From the NCBI GenBank assembly GCA_976551045.1, contig CDPCPM010000017.1:682001-746000 (forward strand): a DNA stretch of 64,000 nucleotides, in the 5' to 3' direction. The notes beneath the pieces are model-generated. The model was given only the letters and a program-made list of their open reading frames with translations. It was not told the DNA's origin and searched no databases. The DNA comes from Glaucostegus cemiculus. Its lineage: Eukaryota. Shown here in pieces: positions 62,190-64,000 of this stretch. The translations under genes and the position numbers were made by a program. Numbering within the stretch: the stretch's first letter is position 1; the number at the start of each line of letters is the position of its first letter.

Positions 62190-63295
62190 GACAAATATGA
62201 AGATGCATCTGGCAGAGGTGACAAGGGAAAAATCAGTGGATATGGTGCACTTGGTTTCCAGAAAGCCTTTGATAAAATCCCACATAAAATGTTAGTATGT
62301 AATATTAAAGTGTTTGGGATTAAGAGTAATGTATTGACATGGATTGAAATTGGTTGACTGAGTGGAAACAGCGACAAGAAAAGAATGCTTTTTGCAGGGT
62401 GGCAGCCAAATCCAAGTGAAGTACCATAGACTTCAGCATTAGGGCCACAATGATCCATAACATACGTCAATCATTTGGATAAAGGAACCAAACATAATAT
62501 TTCAAACTATGCTGATGAAAATAAACTGGCCACAATTGTGAGGAAGGTGCAAAGAGGCTTCAAAGGGAAACAGACCGAGGAAGAGGCCAGGGATGTGGCA
62601 GATGCAGTACAATGTGGATAAATGGGAAGTTAGAAAAAACAGACAGGTGGAGTATTATTTAAAAGCTGTCAGATAGGGAAGTGTTGATGAACAGATATTT
62701 TAGTGTCCTTGCACAGTAGTCATTGAAAGCAAACATATATGTGCAGCTGGCAGTTAAGAAGGTAAATGGTATGTTGGCCTTTATGGGAAGAAGATTTGAG
62801 TATCGGAACGAGAACTCTTGCTATGATGATGCAGGACCTTGGCGAGACGGTACTTGGGAGCATGGTGTTCAGTTTTGATCTCCACACCTCAGCAAGGTTG
62901 TGCTTGCTGCAGAGGGAGTGCAACAAAGCTTCACCAGGCTGATTCCTGGCACGGTGGGACTGCTGTGCAAGGAGAGTTTAGGTCAACAAGGTATGTATTC
63001 GCTTGAATTTGGAATGAGAGGGGATATAATTGATGGTGAGAATGTTTTTTTTCTGGTTGAGATATCTAATATGGGGGTGGGGTCACAGACTTAGGCTGAT
63101 GGTGAACCCGTGGAATTTGCTACCACAGTAGGCTGTGGAGGCAAAGTCAGAGAATATATTTCTGTAGATAAAAACATTTTAAATCCAAAAGATTGAAATC
63201 TGGGGAGAGAGCAGGAATATGATGTTGAGATGTTTGATCAGCCTTGTATTGTTGTACTGAATGGTACAGGAGGGGTGAATGGCCTTCTCCTGTAG
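62190..63295 (+). mobile_element. CR1 LINE, degenerate RT plus 3' end
   Basis: ALGFQKAFDKIPHKMLVCNIKVFGIKSNVLTWIE (RT DFxKAFD motif), a KYADE-like motif at about 62505-62520, AAEGVQQSFTRLIPG, and tail ggggtgaatggccttctcctg. Confidence 0.9.
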
Positions 63296-63514
63296 CTTGG
63301 GGGAATAGGGCCATGCATCGTATTGACGAGAAGAGCATGGAAGGGCAGAATAGAAATTAATGCCCTGGGAGGGAAAACCTTGGAGGAAGCTGGGCTCTGT
63401 GTTCCAGAAGGGAGGGAAGTGGCTGAGATAAATGATTTTAGTCACAATCAGAGCAACAAAAGAGTTTGTGCTTGTTGCTTGAAGCGAGGATGGAGGGACA
63501 TGGGTGAATTGGGA

Positions 63515-64000
63515 GTCACAAGAATACATGAAAATAGTAGCAGGAGTAGGCCATCTGGCTCTGAAAGCTTCCCCCACCTTCCCATACAATCATGGCTGAT
63601 CAGTCCCAGGCCTTTTCTGTGCCAATTCCACATTGTCCTCAATTTTCCCCATCCTCTTCTTCAAATACCTCTCCAGTGATCTGGCCTCCACTATCCTCCG
63701 GTGTAGAGAATTACAGAGATTGATCACCCTCTGGGAAGTTTTCCCATGCACCTCAGCCTTAAATGACTGTCCTCTTATTTTGTAAAAACATCCCCTTGTT
63801 CACAATTCTCGTATTAGTGGAAACATCCCAACATCCATGCTGTCATGCCCCCTTATGATCTTCTGTTTAAATAAGATCACTCATTTCTTCCGAATTGCAA
63901 GGAATACAGGTCAAACTTTTTTTTTAAAGCCACTTGTGACAGGACAAACCTCTCAACCCAGGAATTAGCCTAATGAATCTCTTCTGGACCATCTTCAAAG
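63515..64000 (-). mobile_element. CR1 3' end (antisense)
   Basis: gaaaatagtagcaggagtaggccatctggctct...atcatggctgatc...gagaattacagagattgatcaccctctgg. Confidence 0.8.

Noticed and set aside
1-64000. CRISPR arrays, operons or prokaryotic defence systems
   Set aside because: The window is spliced vertebrate DNA. It has no regularly spaced repeat-spacer array and no dense ORF organisation.

Overview
Eukaryotic, intron-rich and AT-rich vertebrate genomic DNA. It is most likely from a cartilaginous fish, inferred from the repeat set: V-SINE/HE1-like and DeuSINE SINEs, CR1, L2, Rex1/Babar, Tx1, Penelope and PIF/Harbinger remnants. Two genes lie head-to-tail on the minus strand in the same order as in human. 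The first is the 3' part of PLEKHA5: 13 coding exons from 61474 down to the stop codon at 34278-34276, all with GT-AG boundaries and consistent phases, ending ...QLTEGSHFMCV*, plus a probable non-coding last exon at about 31365-32570. The second is the CpG-island first coding exon of AEBP2 (ATG at 13636, donor after 13035); its exon 2 was not found and is probably left of the window. Most other ORFs in the track are chance ORFs or transposon fragments. I found no new multi-gene system. The best leads are: a candidate short-isoform first exon of AEBP2 in intron 1; an AEBP2 N-terminus with an Arg/Gln tract fused to a single 36-residue acidic tract; tandem Tx1 3' ends abutting the AEBP2 promoter; a patchwork templated insertion at about 17.74-17.95 kb; and a SINE rearranged into a double hairpin next to a PLEKHA5 exon. 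Gene names rest on my recall of the human proteins, not on a database search, and repeat boundaries are approximate.
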